NCBI GenBank assembly: GCA_049975265.1
Contig: JBNGDF010000028.1
Coordinates: 1-33,822, forward strand
Length of the DNA: 33,822 nucleotides
Direction of reading: 5' to 3'
DNA from: Fidelibacterota bacterium
GTDB lineage: Bacteria; Fidelibacterota; UBA2242
Position 1 is the first letter of the stretch, and each line of letters starts with the position of its first letter. The translations under genes were made by a program, and so were the position numbers. Under the pieces are notes generated by a model. That model did not search any database. It was not told where the DNA came from and was given only the letters and a program-made list of their open reading frames with translations. Shown one piece after another: positions 1-9,623 of the stretch.

Positions 1-368
1 CCGCCACCACCAATAGGCTCAAATCCACCAGAAATAACTACGTTCCCTTTTTTATAAGCTAAATACAGATTTGGAAATAGTGGTGCAGAAACATCCCCTA
101 CAAATTCATCATTGTTGAGGTTTGGATAACTATTCGTCACCGTCTTGGTCTGCCAGATCGACTGGTTGCTCAGTGATAGATGCAGACCCTCTTCCAATTT
201 TGTCAATCCCGCCGGATTGTAGTAGACGGCATCCACATCCGTCGAGGCATTGCGATTCAATGTCCGCATATACGCGGCGCTCTGGTTGGTATTGGTAACA
301 ATCCCCCCAGCCATCAGGATACCCGTCGACAATACGAGTATCAAGGACACAAACATAAAGGACTTCAT
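1..368 (-). CDS. FadL/OmpP1/TodX-family outer-membrane transporter (N-terminal part; runs off the window)
   Basis: Not in the ORF track; translated by hand from ATG at 368 (AGGAG RBS upstream): MKSFMFVSLILVLSTGILMAGGIVTNTNQSAAYMRTLNRNASTDVDAVYYNPAGL... It has a signal peptide followed by the FadL-type NPAG motif and is open to the window edge. Confidence 0.75.
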   Translation of the reverse strand, partial: MKSFMFVSLILVLSTGILMAGGIVTNTNQSAAYMRTLNRNASTDVDAVYYNPAGLTKLEEGLHLSLSNQSIWQTKTVTNSYPNLNNDEFVGDVSAPLFPNLYLAYKKGNVVISGGFEPIGGG

Positions 369-535
369 GTTTTTTCTCCTTTGGTTAATTTTGATTTGAT
401 TTTGGTGTAACCGGCATTCCGCCCTGTCCACGCTACCCTCACTTTTTCAGGATAAACTCAGATACATCGACATCCTCTGTTTATACTGATTGTGCTGAAT
501 ATACGGAAAATACTTTCAGAAAAACAAAAGTTTTT

Positions 536-1825
536 TTATGGAATGCCATAGAGCAGGTATTGTGGACAGAGTTTCTGAAAAGCGGTCAGCTCCGCCAGCC
601 AGACCGGATAGAGTTGCCGCAGATCGGCTTTGGCATCCACAACGGTACGATAGGACGTACCTCCGAACAATTGATCGATTTCAGCGGGTGCCAGCCAGCG
701 AAAGTGACTAGCATAGAGCTGGGCAATCAGCCCCAGCAGATAAGAACCGACCTTGGCGGTATTATATTTTTGCCGATCCAAAACCTTGATTTTAATTCCG
801 GTACATTCCTCACTCAGATAGATATTTTGGGACAATACCCGACTGCGGGAGCCCGGTACAAAACTGACCCGGCTAAATTCCACATAATCATCTCCGGTCC
901 GGTTCAGTCGCTCTATCAGCACGGCACCGCCGATCCAGGGAGCACCACCGACTTCGTATTGGAAGAGACTTCCCGGTCCGTTACTGACGTTGGTGTAATG
1001 ATAGAAACAGGTCGAGCAGTATGTCAAGAGCGTCTCAATGGTATAAATTTTTTCAAGCGGAATTCCCCAGGGCAAGCCCAACCGGTCATGCCACTCCCGG
1101 CGCGGATAATTTGCCATCGGAAGCAGGTACAATGGAGCGGCATTTTTGGAATTTATCCAGCTCTCTTCATTAATCAGCAGAGCCAGTTCGCCGATGGTCA
1201 TACCAAAGCGCCAGGGAATTTGCGCCGCATCGGTCAATCCGGGAGCGGTCCCCAGGGGCCCCTCCATGATTGCCGCGGTCAGCGGATTCGGACGATCGAG
1301 CAACAAGAGCGGAATCCGCCGGTCGGCGCTCAGTTTTAAGAGGGCAACCAGAATTTTAAAATTAATATCATGCCGAATGCCGATATACTGAAGATCGAAC
1401 AGAATCAGGTTGGCTCCGTTTAAATCAGTCTGCTTAACGACCGGATGCCCAGGTGTTATCAAAATCCGGGCTACATGATCCGAATCCGCCTGTGAATAGA
1501 TTAAGCCCGACGATGCAGTATCAAACTCCTTCTCAGATACCTGAATCACCGATACAATCCGGAAATCCCTGCGATCAGTCAGCCGATCGACAATCTGAGT
1601 GCCACCACGGTCAATGCTGCCGCGGTTGCATACAATGGCAACATTTTTATTCTTTAATATTTTACAATCGTGCGCAAGCAGTAGGTCCAGCCCGGTGTGT
1701 ATCGCAGCAGAATCCGTCTGCGGTGCATAATTGATTATTTTTGAATGTCGCAAACCACCCTCTTCAGCCAACAGGAACAGCGGCGTGATCAGGACAAACA
1801 ACAATCTATTCACGGTTCTGAACAT
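536..1825 (-). CDS. DUF1343/NamZ (exo-beta-N-acetylmuramidase, YbbC)-like protein, divergent
   Basis: Family motifs TGLD, LLLLDRPNPL, PWRFGMTIGELA and GAPWI are present, with an N-terminal signal-like segment. ATG at 1825 is preferred over the ORF-track start at 1846. The PEHG and FEGT motifs are not conserved. Confidence 0.8.
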   Translation of the reverse strand: MFRTVNRLLFVLITPLFLLAEEGGLRHSKIINYAPQTDSAAIHTGLDLLLAHDCKILKNKNVAIVCNRGSIDRGGTQIVDRLTDRRDFRIVSVIQVSEKEFDTASSGLIYSQADSDHVARILITPGHPVVKQTDLNGANLILFDLQYIGIRHDINFKILVALLKLSADRRIPLLLLDRPNPLTAAIMEGPLGTAPGLTDAAQIPWRFGMTIGELALLINEESWINSKNAAPLYLLPMANYPRREWHDRLGLPWGIPLEKIYTIETLLTYCSTCFYHYTNVSNGPGSLFQYEVGGAPWIGGAVLIERLNRTGDDYVEFSRVSFVPGSRSRVLSQNIYLSEECTGIKIKVLDRQKYNTAKVGSYLLGLIAQLYASHFRWLAPAEIDQLFGGTSYRTVVDAKADLRQLYPVWLAELTAFQKLCPQYLLYGIP

Positions 1826-3317
1826 GGCTGATAAAAATACCGACAAGAATTGTCACACCCGCACCGATCAGTACATACCAGGTATAATGGAAAACCGGTT
1901 GAGCACCTGCCAGAATGGGTATTAAAATCAAGAGTAACATGATCAGAATGCCGGCTGAAAAGCCCCATAAAGCCGCTTTCTGCGTCGGTTTCCGGAACAG
2001 GACTCCCAATAGGAAGGTTCCCAGTAAGCCGCCGTAGGTGATGGATGAAATGCTCAGAGCGATTTCAACCACCGATTGGAGTACCCGGATGAACAAAAAC
2101 GCCACAATTGTCAGCATGATTCCCCAGAAAATCGTCAGCGACCGGGATACCAACAGATCTTTCTTCTCGGAATTATCTTTGCCAAAAATCGGCTGATACA
2201 GATCCATCATCGTCGATGATGACAGCGAGCTCATGGACCCCGCCAGGGTCGACATCGCCGCTGCAAACAGACCGGCGATAATGAGTCCCCGGACCCCGGT
2301 GGGTAAATAATTGATGATAAAATAGGGAAAAATCTCGTCGGCTTTGACAAAGGGCGCCGCATCCGATCCAACCGTTACCCCTTTGAAAAATGCAAACAGC
2401 ATCAGTCCGACAAATAAGAACAGCGCAAACTGAATAATCACCACAACGCCGCTGGTGATCAACGCCTTCTGACTGTCTTTGAGCGAACGGGTGGTTAGCA
2501 AGCGCTGCACGATCAGTTGGTCCGTACCGTGGGAAGCCATGGACAACAGAGCCCCGCCTACCAAGCTGCCAATCAGGGTATACGGCTGGGAAAAGAAGTG
2601 TCGAAAATTCAGATTGAACAGCGCGAATTTATTCACATCGCCGGCATACCGGTTGACGGTCGCAAAACCACCGGGTATTTTTTGAAACAGAATAATCAGG
2701 GCAATAATCGCGCCGCCGATATAAATCCCCATCTGAAGCACATCCACCCAGATTATACCTTTGACACCGCCGGTATAGGTATAGATCAAAGTGACGATGG
2801 TAATTACAACGATGGAAATAATGTAGATTTGGACCGTTGTAAAATCCTGAAAAAAGGGAAAGGATCGAAAAATCAACGCCAGCGGAATTGACGTCGCAAA
2901 CAGCCGGACACCGTCTGCTGCCACCCTGGTGAACAGGAACACAATCGAGGCGTAGCGGCGGGTCGTCTGTCCAAAGCGGTTCTCCAGCAGCGCATAGGCG
3001 GTATTGAGCTCACCCTTTTTATAAGCAGGTAAAAACAGAAAACTGACGATGATCCGACCGATCAGATACCCAATGGTCAGCTGCAAAAAATTCAGGTTGG
3101 TCACATACGCCAGCCCAGGAATGCTGATGAAGGTCAGCGTACTGGTTTCCGCGGCAACAATGGCAAAAGCCACTGCCAACCAAGGTACATTGGAACCACC
3201 CAGAAAGTAATCCTTCACGGAGCGCTGCCTGCCGCCGGAAAAACTGCCAATCAACGCCACGACAATGAGATATGCCACTATAATAACTATATCAAGCGTC
3301 TGAATTCCGCCATTCAT
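1806..3317 (-). CDS. Sodium:solute symporter (SSS) family transporter
   Basis: 503 aa, highly hydrophobic, with SSS motifs DYFLGG, AETSTLTFISIPG, YTYTGGVKG, HGTDQLIVQRLL and FAAAMST. Confidence 0.93.
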   Translation of the reverse strand: MNGGIQTLDIVIIVAYLIVVALIGSFSGGRQRSVKDYFLGGSNVPWLAVAFAIVAAETSTLTFISIPGLAYVTNLNFLQLTIGYLIGRIIVSFLFLPAYKKGELNTAYALLENRFGQTTRRYASIVFLFTRVAADGVRLFATSIPLALIFRSFPFFQDFTTVQIYIISIVVITIVTLIYTYTGGVKGIIWVDVLQMGIYIGGAIIALIILFQKIPGGFATVNRYAGDVNKFALFNLNFRHFFSQPYTLIGSLVGGALLSMASHGTDQLIVQRLLTTRSLKDSQKALITSGVVVIIQFALFLFVGLMLFAFFKGVTVGSDAAPFVKADEIFPYFIINYLPTGVRGLIIAGLFAAAMSTLAGSMSSLSSSTMMDLYQPIFGKDNSEKKDLLVSRSLTIFWGIMLTIVAFLFIRVLQSVVEIALSISSITYGGLLGTFLLGVLFRKPTQKAALWGFSAGILIMLLLILIPILAGAQPVFHYTWYVLIGAGVTILVGIFISHVQNRE

Positions 3318-3351
3318 AATTTCCCTTTCCGCTACGATATGCTATGATCGT

Positions 3352-5043
3352 TTATACGGTTTTGTTCTTCCGCTTCCCGAAACTCGGATCAATTTTAATA
3401 AAAAGTAAAACCAGAAAGCTGGGGACAGTGCAAAACATTACATAGACAAAAAAGTGCTGATAGCCCAAAATTTCCTGTATCTTGCCGCTGACCATCCCGG
3501 GAATCATCATGCCCAGCGCCATAAAGGCAGTCGCCAATGCGTAATGCGATGTCTTATAAATGCCTTCCGCAATGTAAATCATAAACAGCATATATCCGGT
3601 AAAACCGAACCCGTAGCCCAGCTGTTCAATCCCCACACAGGCACAAACGATCAGAAAATTGTCCGGCATTGTATACGACATATAAACATAGACAAGATTC
3701 GGCAGGTTAATCGCCAGCGCCATCCACCAGATCCACTTTTTCAAACCATATTTCGCCGCGAGGAATCCCCCCAGCAAACCACCGATCAACAGCATGACAA
3801 CGCCGATTGTCCCGTAGGCGATTCCCACCTGAGACGTAGATAACGCCAAACCTCCCGCCTCCCGGGCATCCAGAAAAAACGGCGATGCCAGCTTGACCAG
3901 CTGCGATTCTGCCAGCCGGTATAGCAACAAAAACAGAATTCCCGCCACAATCCCCTTTTTCTGAAAAAAGGTTTTGAATACATCCAGATATGGAGAGAGC
4001 ACCTCTTTCGATTTCGTCACTGCCCGGTCCGGTGGGTCGGGTAATACATATTTATGATACACCGCAAAGGCGAACAGCATCAGTGCCAGAATGCCAAAGG
4101 AGAATGTCCAGCTCAGGGGAATATCACCCGCCGTGGCATTGAATGTCGCCTCCGCCGGCTCTTTGAGTGAATGATTGACTCTAATCACTGCTCGCCGGGG
4201 AATGTTCCAATTCTCTGCATTGAATTCAAATCGGCTCTCGCTGACCAGATAAATATCCCGGCTGCCCCGCTTTTTACCGAAATTTACCACCACCGTCTTC
4301 TTGTTCTCAGGAATCCCGGACAGATAGAACCAGACAACCACGGAATCGCACTCATTTACCCCTTTTTCATACAGAGGTACCATGACTGCTTCGGGGTAAT
4401 GTAACACGCGCGGTTTCCCCGGTTCCGGCGTTTCCGGCGGGGTCGGGTTTCCCCATTCCTGCATTTCCGTCTCTTCCGCAGGCAGCGCCCAGACCTTCAG
4501 ACTAACCGCCGCGAGCCCGGTGTGCGTCTGAACATATCCGGCAAACATAACAATCAATCCCATGGCAGTGATCGTGGCAAAACGATAAAAAGTACTGCGA
4601 ATCCCCACAAACCAGGCTTGTTCATGTTCCGCCAGCCCGAGCATATAAAAACCGTCGGCGGCGATGTCGTGGGTCGCCGAGGCAAATGCCACAATCCACA
4701 AAATTCCAATGGTGATTGGAAAATACCAGGGCAGCTGGACAGTCAGGGCAATCCCAAAAAATGCCAGCGCCAGCACAAATTGTGTCCAGATGATCCAGTT
4801 ACGCTTGGTAGAGGTGACATCGATAAAGGGACTCCAGATAGGTTTGATCGTCCAGGGCAGGTACAATATCGAGGTCCAAAAGGCAATTGCCGTATTGGAA
4901 ACACCGAGGGTCTTGTACATTACCACCGCCACCACAAGGGCGATGTTGTAGGGAATTCCTTCAACATAATAAAGCGACGGAACCCACCACCAACCGGAGC
5001 GTTCTTTTTTACCGGAATTCACGATACGATCTGCCATTTTCAA
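3352..5043 (-). CDS. ampG: AmpG-like MFS muropeptide permease with an inserted soluble domain
   Basis: WVPSLYYVEGIP, LPWTIKPIWSPFID, SATHDIAADGFY, GIRSTFYR and KTSHYALAT match the Bacteroidota-type AmpG family. It is adjacent to a SpoIID/LytB gene. Confidence 0.82.
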   Translation of the reverse strand: MKMADRIVNSGKKERSGWWWVPSLYYVEGIPYNIALVVAVVMYKTLGVSNTAIAFWTSILYLPWTIKPIWSPFIDVTSTKRNWIIWTQFVLALAFFGIALTVQLPWYFPITIGILWIVAFASATHDIAADGFYMLGLAEHEQAWFVGIRSTFYRFATITAMGLIVMFAGYVQTHTGLAAVSLKVWALPAEETEMQEWGNPTPPETPEPGKPRVLHYPEAVMVPLYEKGVNECDSVVVWFYLSGIPENKKTVVVNFGKKRGSRDIYLVSESRFEFNAENWNIPRRAVIRVNHSLKEPAEATFNATAGDIPLSWTFSFGILALMLFAFAVYHKYVLPDPPDRAVTKSKEVLSPYLDVFKTFFQKKGIVAGILFLLLYRLAESQLVKLASPFFLDAREAGGLALSTSQVGIAYGTIGVVMLLIGGLLGGFLAAKYGLKKWIWWMALAINLPNLVYVYMSYTMPDNFLIVCACVGIEQLGYGFGFTGYMLFMIYIAEGIYKTSHYALATAFMALGMMIPGMVSGKIQEILGYQHFFVYVMFCTVPSFLVLLFIKIDPSFGKRKNKTV

Positions 5044-5051
5044 TTATCCCC

Positions 5052-6407
5052 TTAATAGATTTTTTGTAATTTGGACCCCGGATAATAGTGCAATACAATT
5101 TCTTCTGCGGAATAGCCTTTCAGCGCCATCCCCAGGGCACCAATCTGACAATAACCGACACCGTGCCCCCAACCGGCACCGATCAGGATGAAAGCTTTGG
5201 GAACTTCATCCTGTCCTGCCTCAACATCAACCACAAATGCCGAACTGTACAAAAACAGTTCGTGCAACGTCTGCCGAATATTGTACTGGTCTTCAATTTC
5301 GGTCGTCATCTGCTCTCCAGCTTGATTGCAGTATCGAATCTCCAGACGGGTAATCCGCCCGGAAAAGCCCCGTTTAAGCGGTGTAATCTTCAGAATCGCT
5401 TTTGCAGCCAGGTTCAGCTTCAGATTCAGTAAAGCCGTCATCTCTTTCTGAGTGTAACGGAATCTCCATCGAAAATATTTACCCTCCACATCCACGCTGC
5501 CCAGATAATTAATCAGTTCTTTTTCAGGAACCGTACCGGGGCTGCAGAAGGTTTCCGGCTCATCGAATATCCAATTGCGAACCTTCTCTTCTGTATCCAG
5601 CGGAAGAGAAGGATAACTGAACGTATCAGGTGCATCAATAACCGGTTGCAAATATTTCACCGGTTCGTCGCCAAAGACATGCTCGAATCCTTCGGTAATC
5701 CCGCCACAACTTTTAAAATAGCGGGCATCACAAATTTTTCCGTCGGAGATTAGCACTTTCCCGAAAGTGTTCATAGCACCCCGGACTGACTCGTCATTCA
5801 AAAAGGTCGTGCCCTGATAGCGCTGACAGCAATCGTCATTGCATACATCAACGTTTAAATCGCGGTGCTTCATCTCCACATTCGCCAGCATCCAGGAACG
5901 CGCCACAATCGTCTGTGATTCGATTAGCGCCGGCGGACAAGCGGCTCCCATTTCCGAAGTCGCCACACACATCAGGTACTGCTCAATAGGCAACTCATTC
6001 GCCACCATCAGAACTTTGTCCACCACACTCAACTCCACCGCTCCCGGCAAGAAAACGTCAATATTTTTCACCCAATGAAATCCCCTTCCAGCGGCGACGT
6101 TGCAAACTTTTAAACCCATTTTATTCCTGATTTTCGCAACCTTTCTGATGGGCTCGATTTTCCAGAAATCACCAGTGCCATTCACAATGGATTCACCATT
6201 CACCAAAACAGATATGGCAGATTTATCGATTCGAAAATGGAGTTTGTCTCCGCCGGCAAGCCCCAGTCCGTAACCAGCCGGACCGCTCAAACGATATTTC
6301 GGTGTTTCAGGTACGACAATTTGAATTTCCGTGAAACGGTCTCCCGGCAATACAATTCCCACTCGTAACACCGGTTCTTTTGAAGGAATGGAATTTGGAA
6401 TCAACAT
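5052..6407 (-). CDS. SpoIID/LytB domain protein (peptidoglycan lytic transglycosylase-like)
   Basis: NELPIEQYLMCVATSEM, QTIVARS, DVCNDDCCQRYQG, GAGWGHGVGYCQIGA and HYYPG are SpoIID/LytB signatures. Confidence 0.92.
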   Translation of the reverse strand: MLIPNSIPSKEPVLRVGIVLPGDRFTEIQIVVPETPKYRLSGPAGYGLGLAGGDKLHFRIDKSAISVLVNGESIVNGTGDFWKIEPIRKVAKIRNKMGLKVCNVAAGRGFHWVKNIDVFLPGAVELSVVDKVLMVANELPIEQYLMCVATSEMGAACPPALIESQTIVARSWMLANVEMKHRDLNVDVCNDDCCQRYQGTTFLNDESVRGAMNTFGKVLISDGKICDARYFKSCGGITEGFEHVFGDEPVKYLQPVIDAPDTFSYPSLPLDTEEKVRNWIFDEPETFCSPGTVPEKELINYLGSVDVEGKYFRWRFRYTQKEMTALLNLKLNLAAKAILKITPLKRGFSGRITRLEIRYCNQAGEQMTTEIEDQYNIRQTLHELFLYSSAFVVDVEAGQDEVPKAFILIGAGWGHGVGYCQIGALGMALKGYSAEEIVLHYYPGSKLQKIY

Positions 6408-6408
6408 A

Positions 6409-7617
6409 CTACCCCCCGTAGGTTAAATAGGCGTCAATACCTGCTCCCAACGCCGGTGCTTCCCGCAATTGGGAAACAGCCAGTCGCTCTTCTCTGAAAC
6501 AGCCGTCAGTACAATAATGCGCCTTCGCCTTTTCGTCCAGAACCGCCGATTCGCAGATCAGCATATTCAGATATTTCCGAAAGGGTTGCCACAGAATCGT
6601 GTCGTTCCCGGACTGTTTCAGCATCTCACCCAGTCGCTGACCGATGATAATAGTGTCAAAAACAGAACCATGATAGGGGTGTTGGACTTCCGGCTCCGGG
6701 CGGTTTGGATTAAGAAACCGAAAAAGTCCCTGCCAACCGGCAAAGAGGGTAGTAATCCTTTCGTAAGTCAACAAAGCCAGATATTTTGCCACTTTTTCGA
6801 AGGTTTCCTTCGCCCGGCTGTCGCCCCGGTAAGCCGCTTCTAAAATTTGGGGCGGATACATCGCTTTTTGATTGAGCTCTTCCAGGGAAAAAGCTGACAA
6901 TTCGGCATACAGCGACTGAATCCCTTTCGACGAAACATAGGTTTCAATGGAACGGTTTTCCGGACACTTTATCTCCCAGGTCTTCACAAACCAGTTCCTG
7001 ATATCATCCAGGGAGATCAACTCCCCATTCAATTTCAGCGCGTCCGCGGCACCGGTTCCACCTCCTAAATAGTAGGAATTGGTTACATTCCGGAACTGAC
7101 CATCGGAAGCAAATTCCTCACCCAATCCGCAATAAAAGGCATCACTGCCGATATGATCAATCGGCGCCTCGAGCTTCAAACCCGTATCAACCAGTCTCTG
7201 CTCCAGATTCGCAGCATAATTCACCTGTCGCGGTCCATTCGCCATCACGGCAATTCCGCGCTGGTCTTTTGTCTTCAATCCCGGCATCCCCACGCCGACC
7301 AGCAGACGTGATTGTCCGCTCTTCCGGGCGACATCGATAATCGCTTCCGCACAGGCTTTGGTATAGACAGCCGCCTGCCGCATTTCAGCGTCGGTCACCC
7401 TGATCCGGTCGGTTGTAAAGTCTTGTAACTGAATATCCATCTTTACCGGTACAAAACCGGGATCATATTCGGGATACTCTGCATAGGAGTGGCTCTTGCT
7501 AATCTCTCCCAGACTGAAATTACCGTCTCCGTCCACATTTACAACCCAGGCGGTCACTTTTGTCGCCCCTCCATCAACTCCGATAATCAAGAAATCTTTC
7601 ATCACCTTCGCTTTCAA
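6409..7617 (-). CDS. ROK-family-like sugar kinase
   Basis: IIGVDGGATK (phosphate-1), GVGMPG, SDAFYCGLGE, YYLGGGTG, SIETYVS and APALGA follow ROK motif order. There is no N-terminal HTH. The start may be ATG 7602 instead of TTG 7617. Confidence 0.7.
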   Translation of the reverse strand: MKAKVMKDFLIIGVDGGATKVTAWVVNVDGDGNFSLGEISKSHSYAEYPEYDPGFVPVKMDIQLQDFTTDRIRVTDAEMRQAAVYTKACAEAIIDVARKSGQSRLLVGVGMPGLKTKDQRGIAVMANGPRQVNYAANLEQRLVDTGLKLEAPIDHIGSDAFYCGLGEEFASDGQFRNVTNSYYLGGGTGAADALKLNGELISLDDIRNWFVKTWEIKCPENRSIETYVSSKGIQSLYAELSAFSLEELNQKAMYPPQILEAAYRGDSRAKETFEKVAKYLALLTYERITTLFAGWQGLFRFLNPNRPEPEVQHPYHGSVFDTIIIGQRLGEMLKQSGNDTILWQPFRKYLNMLICESAVLDEKAKAHYCTDGCFREERLAVSQLREAPALGAGIDAYLTYGG

Positions 7618-7753
7618 CTGCTTAGAATATAAATGTTTTTATGGAAATAGTATAATTCAAAAATACCCGCCAATTTTTTAACATCCTTGCCGGTGCAATT
7701 TATCAATGCAACCCCCTGCTAAAAATACACGCAGAATCAAATTTCGTTTGATG

Positions 7754-9322
7754 TCATCTACGATTCAGCTGTATTCTCCGCTGTAACGCCAGCAATCGCA
7801 TGTAATCTTTCGCTTCATCATTGCGGTCAACAGTCTCCTGGTTGATGCTGTGATCGGTGCCACCGGAATGCCGCACGACGTCGTAAATCGGATCATAAAT
7901 GCGCCCGACTTTGTACTTTTCACTGATTTTCATCACCATGTCATAGTCCTCGCCGTAGTTACGGGCGTAGGGCTCGTCATTGATCCCGAAATAGTTCATC
8001 TCTTTGATAATTTCGATGGGAATGCAGCGCGGTGCACCGGCACCATTGATATGCAACAGATTATTGCGTCCGTTGTCATCGGTCCATTCATCATGTGTCA
8101 CGACGGGAATCTCATCCATACGAATAAAAGTTCCGTCATCCAGCTTCTGCCAGACTTCATAGGAGCCGATTACGATTCCGATCTCCGGATCCGATTCAAA
8201 CAGCGCTACCACCTTTTCTACGGCATCCGGTTTCAGGCGATCATCGCTATCCAGCTGAATGTAATATTTCCCCCGGGCGCGTTGAATCCCAAGATTCAAC
8301 GATAAACCGATATTATTGATATCGGAAACCACCAATGAAACCGGTACCTGGTTCTGATCATATTGACTACCGCCGGGCAGGTATTTATTCACCTCCCGGA
8401 TCGTCGGGTCCTTAATGCCACCATTCACAACGACGATTACCTCAATATTTTGTACGGTTTGATGAAATACGGAATTCAGCGCGGTCCCGATAAATTCCGG
8501 GCGGTGATTCACCGGAATCACCACCGAGGCAATACATTCGTAATCTTCTTCCCGGTCGGGTCGACGGTGATAATTGAAACCCGGCTTCAGATAGGCACCG
8601 ATTCGTTTCAGATGCCCGGTCAGGACCTTCTCGGCTTCGACCTGAACCTCTTTACCGGCGAGAAGATAATCAAAAACGTTGTGCCCCCGACTCCTCTCGT
8701 AGACATCATAAAGAGCACCGCCGTATTTATTGGCAATATGAACAATTTGAAATTTCTCTGAAATCTTCAACCGGATATCATATAGCAATTGATATCGGAT
8801 AGTTTCATCAAAATTGCCGGCGCCTGCCAGTGCCTCAGTAGAGAAAAGAAAAACTTTGCCGTAATTCTGATTGTCCCGCAGCCGTCCGTAATGATGCTTT
8901 AGTAGATGAATTTCCTGCGACTGACCATTTTCGATTCGGTTATAATCGGCATACAACAGCCCCAGTTTTGGATATTTACAGACACTAAGCGCCGCCGTCT
9001 CCAGATAGGACCGCCTTAGTTCCACGTCCGCTTCGGAATTATCGATATAGACGATAAAATCGCTGGTGATTTCCTGCAACCCACGGTTCAGAGCTGCCGC
9101 CAAATGCAATATATCGCAATCCAGTACCACCAGCTCACTTGATTGGAGATCAAACTGGGGCAAACAGCTCTTATCATGATTCAGAACAACGATCTTCTGC
9201 ACTAAAAATGCCTGATTCAATATGGAATCAAGCAATTTGACAAAACCGCCGGGATTCCCGGCATCTCGTTCTGAAAAATGTAAAATAGCACTAACACTAC
9301 TGCTTCCGTACCCTTCTCTCAC
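7754..9322 (-). CDS. Glycosyltransferase family 2 protein (two GT-A-like halves)
   Basis: The C-terminal GT2 domain has SVVIPV, QLDSDD (DxD) and YGEDY. The N-terminal half is a degenerate GT-A domain (LYADY, GRLRD). GTG start with AGGAG RBS. Confidence 0.88.
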   Translation of the reverse strand: MREGYGSSSVSAILHFSERDAGNPGGFVKLLDSILNQAFLVQKIVVLNHDKSCLPQFDLQSSELVVLDCDILHLAAALNRGLQEITSDFIVYIDNSEADVELRRSYLETAALSVCKYPKLGLLYADYNRIENGQSQEIHLLKHHYGRLRDNQNYGKVFLFSTEALAGAGNFDETIRYQLLYDIRLKISEKFQIVHIANKYGGALYDVYERSRGHNVFDYLLAGKEVQVEAEKVLTGHLKRIGAYLKPGFNYHRRPDREEDYECIASVVIPVNHRPEFIGTALNSVFHQTVQNIEVIVVVNGGIKDPTIREVNKYLPGGSQYDQNQVPVSLVVSDINNIGLSLNLGIQRARGKYYIQLDSDDRLKPDAVEKVVALFESDPEIGIVIGSYEVWQKLDDGTFIRMDEIPVVTHDEWTDDNGRNNLLHINGAGAPRCIPIEIIKEMNYFGINDEPYARNYGEDYDMVMKISEKYKVGRIYDPIYDVVRHSGGTDHSINQETVDRNDEAKDYMRLLALQRRIQLNRR

Positions 9323-9623
9323 ACGTCTCTCCTTTTGAATGATCGATTCTCCAGTCCGGTTAATTCGTCTTGTACTCAGCGCCCAGTTCCATTAGTAATG
9401 TAACAAAACTAACGATTTTTTTACATATTTTCTAATAAATTATTTCCCATCATGAGAAAAAATATCTCTGTACTTTTAACCTTTTTTGATACCGATACAT
9501 CTAAAAGACTTGAAAACCCAGGGTTTTATTTCTTAAAAAATGTCATATAGAATTGAAAAAAAATCGTAGATTTGCACCACGTTTTTTAGTAACAGCTGAA
9601 TCCTTCCAGATTTTAGGAGATTT

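Noticed and set aside
180..410. 76-aa plus-strand ORF
   Set aside because: It is antisense to the FadL-like gene, which has an RBS, signal peptide and family motif.
9550..9576. Bacteroidota-type TAnnTTTG promoter (TAGATTTG) upstream of the TonB-dependent receptor
   Set aside because: There is no properly spaced -33 TTTG, and other promoters here look like TTGACA/TATAAT, so this may be a chance match.
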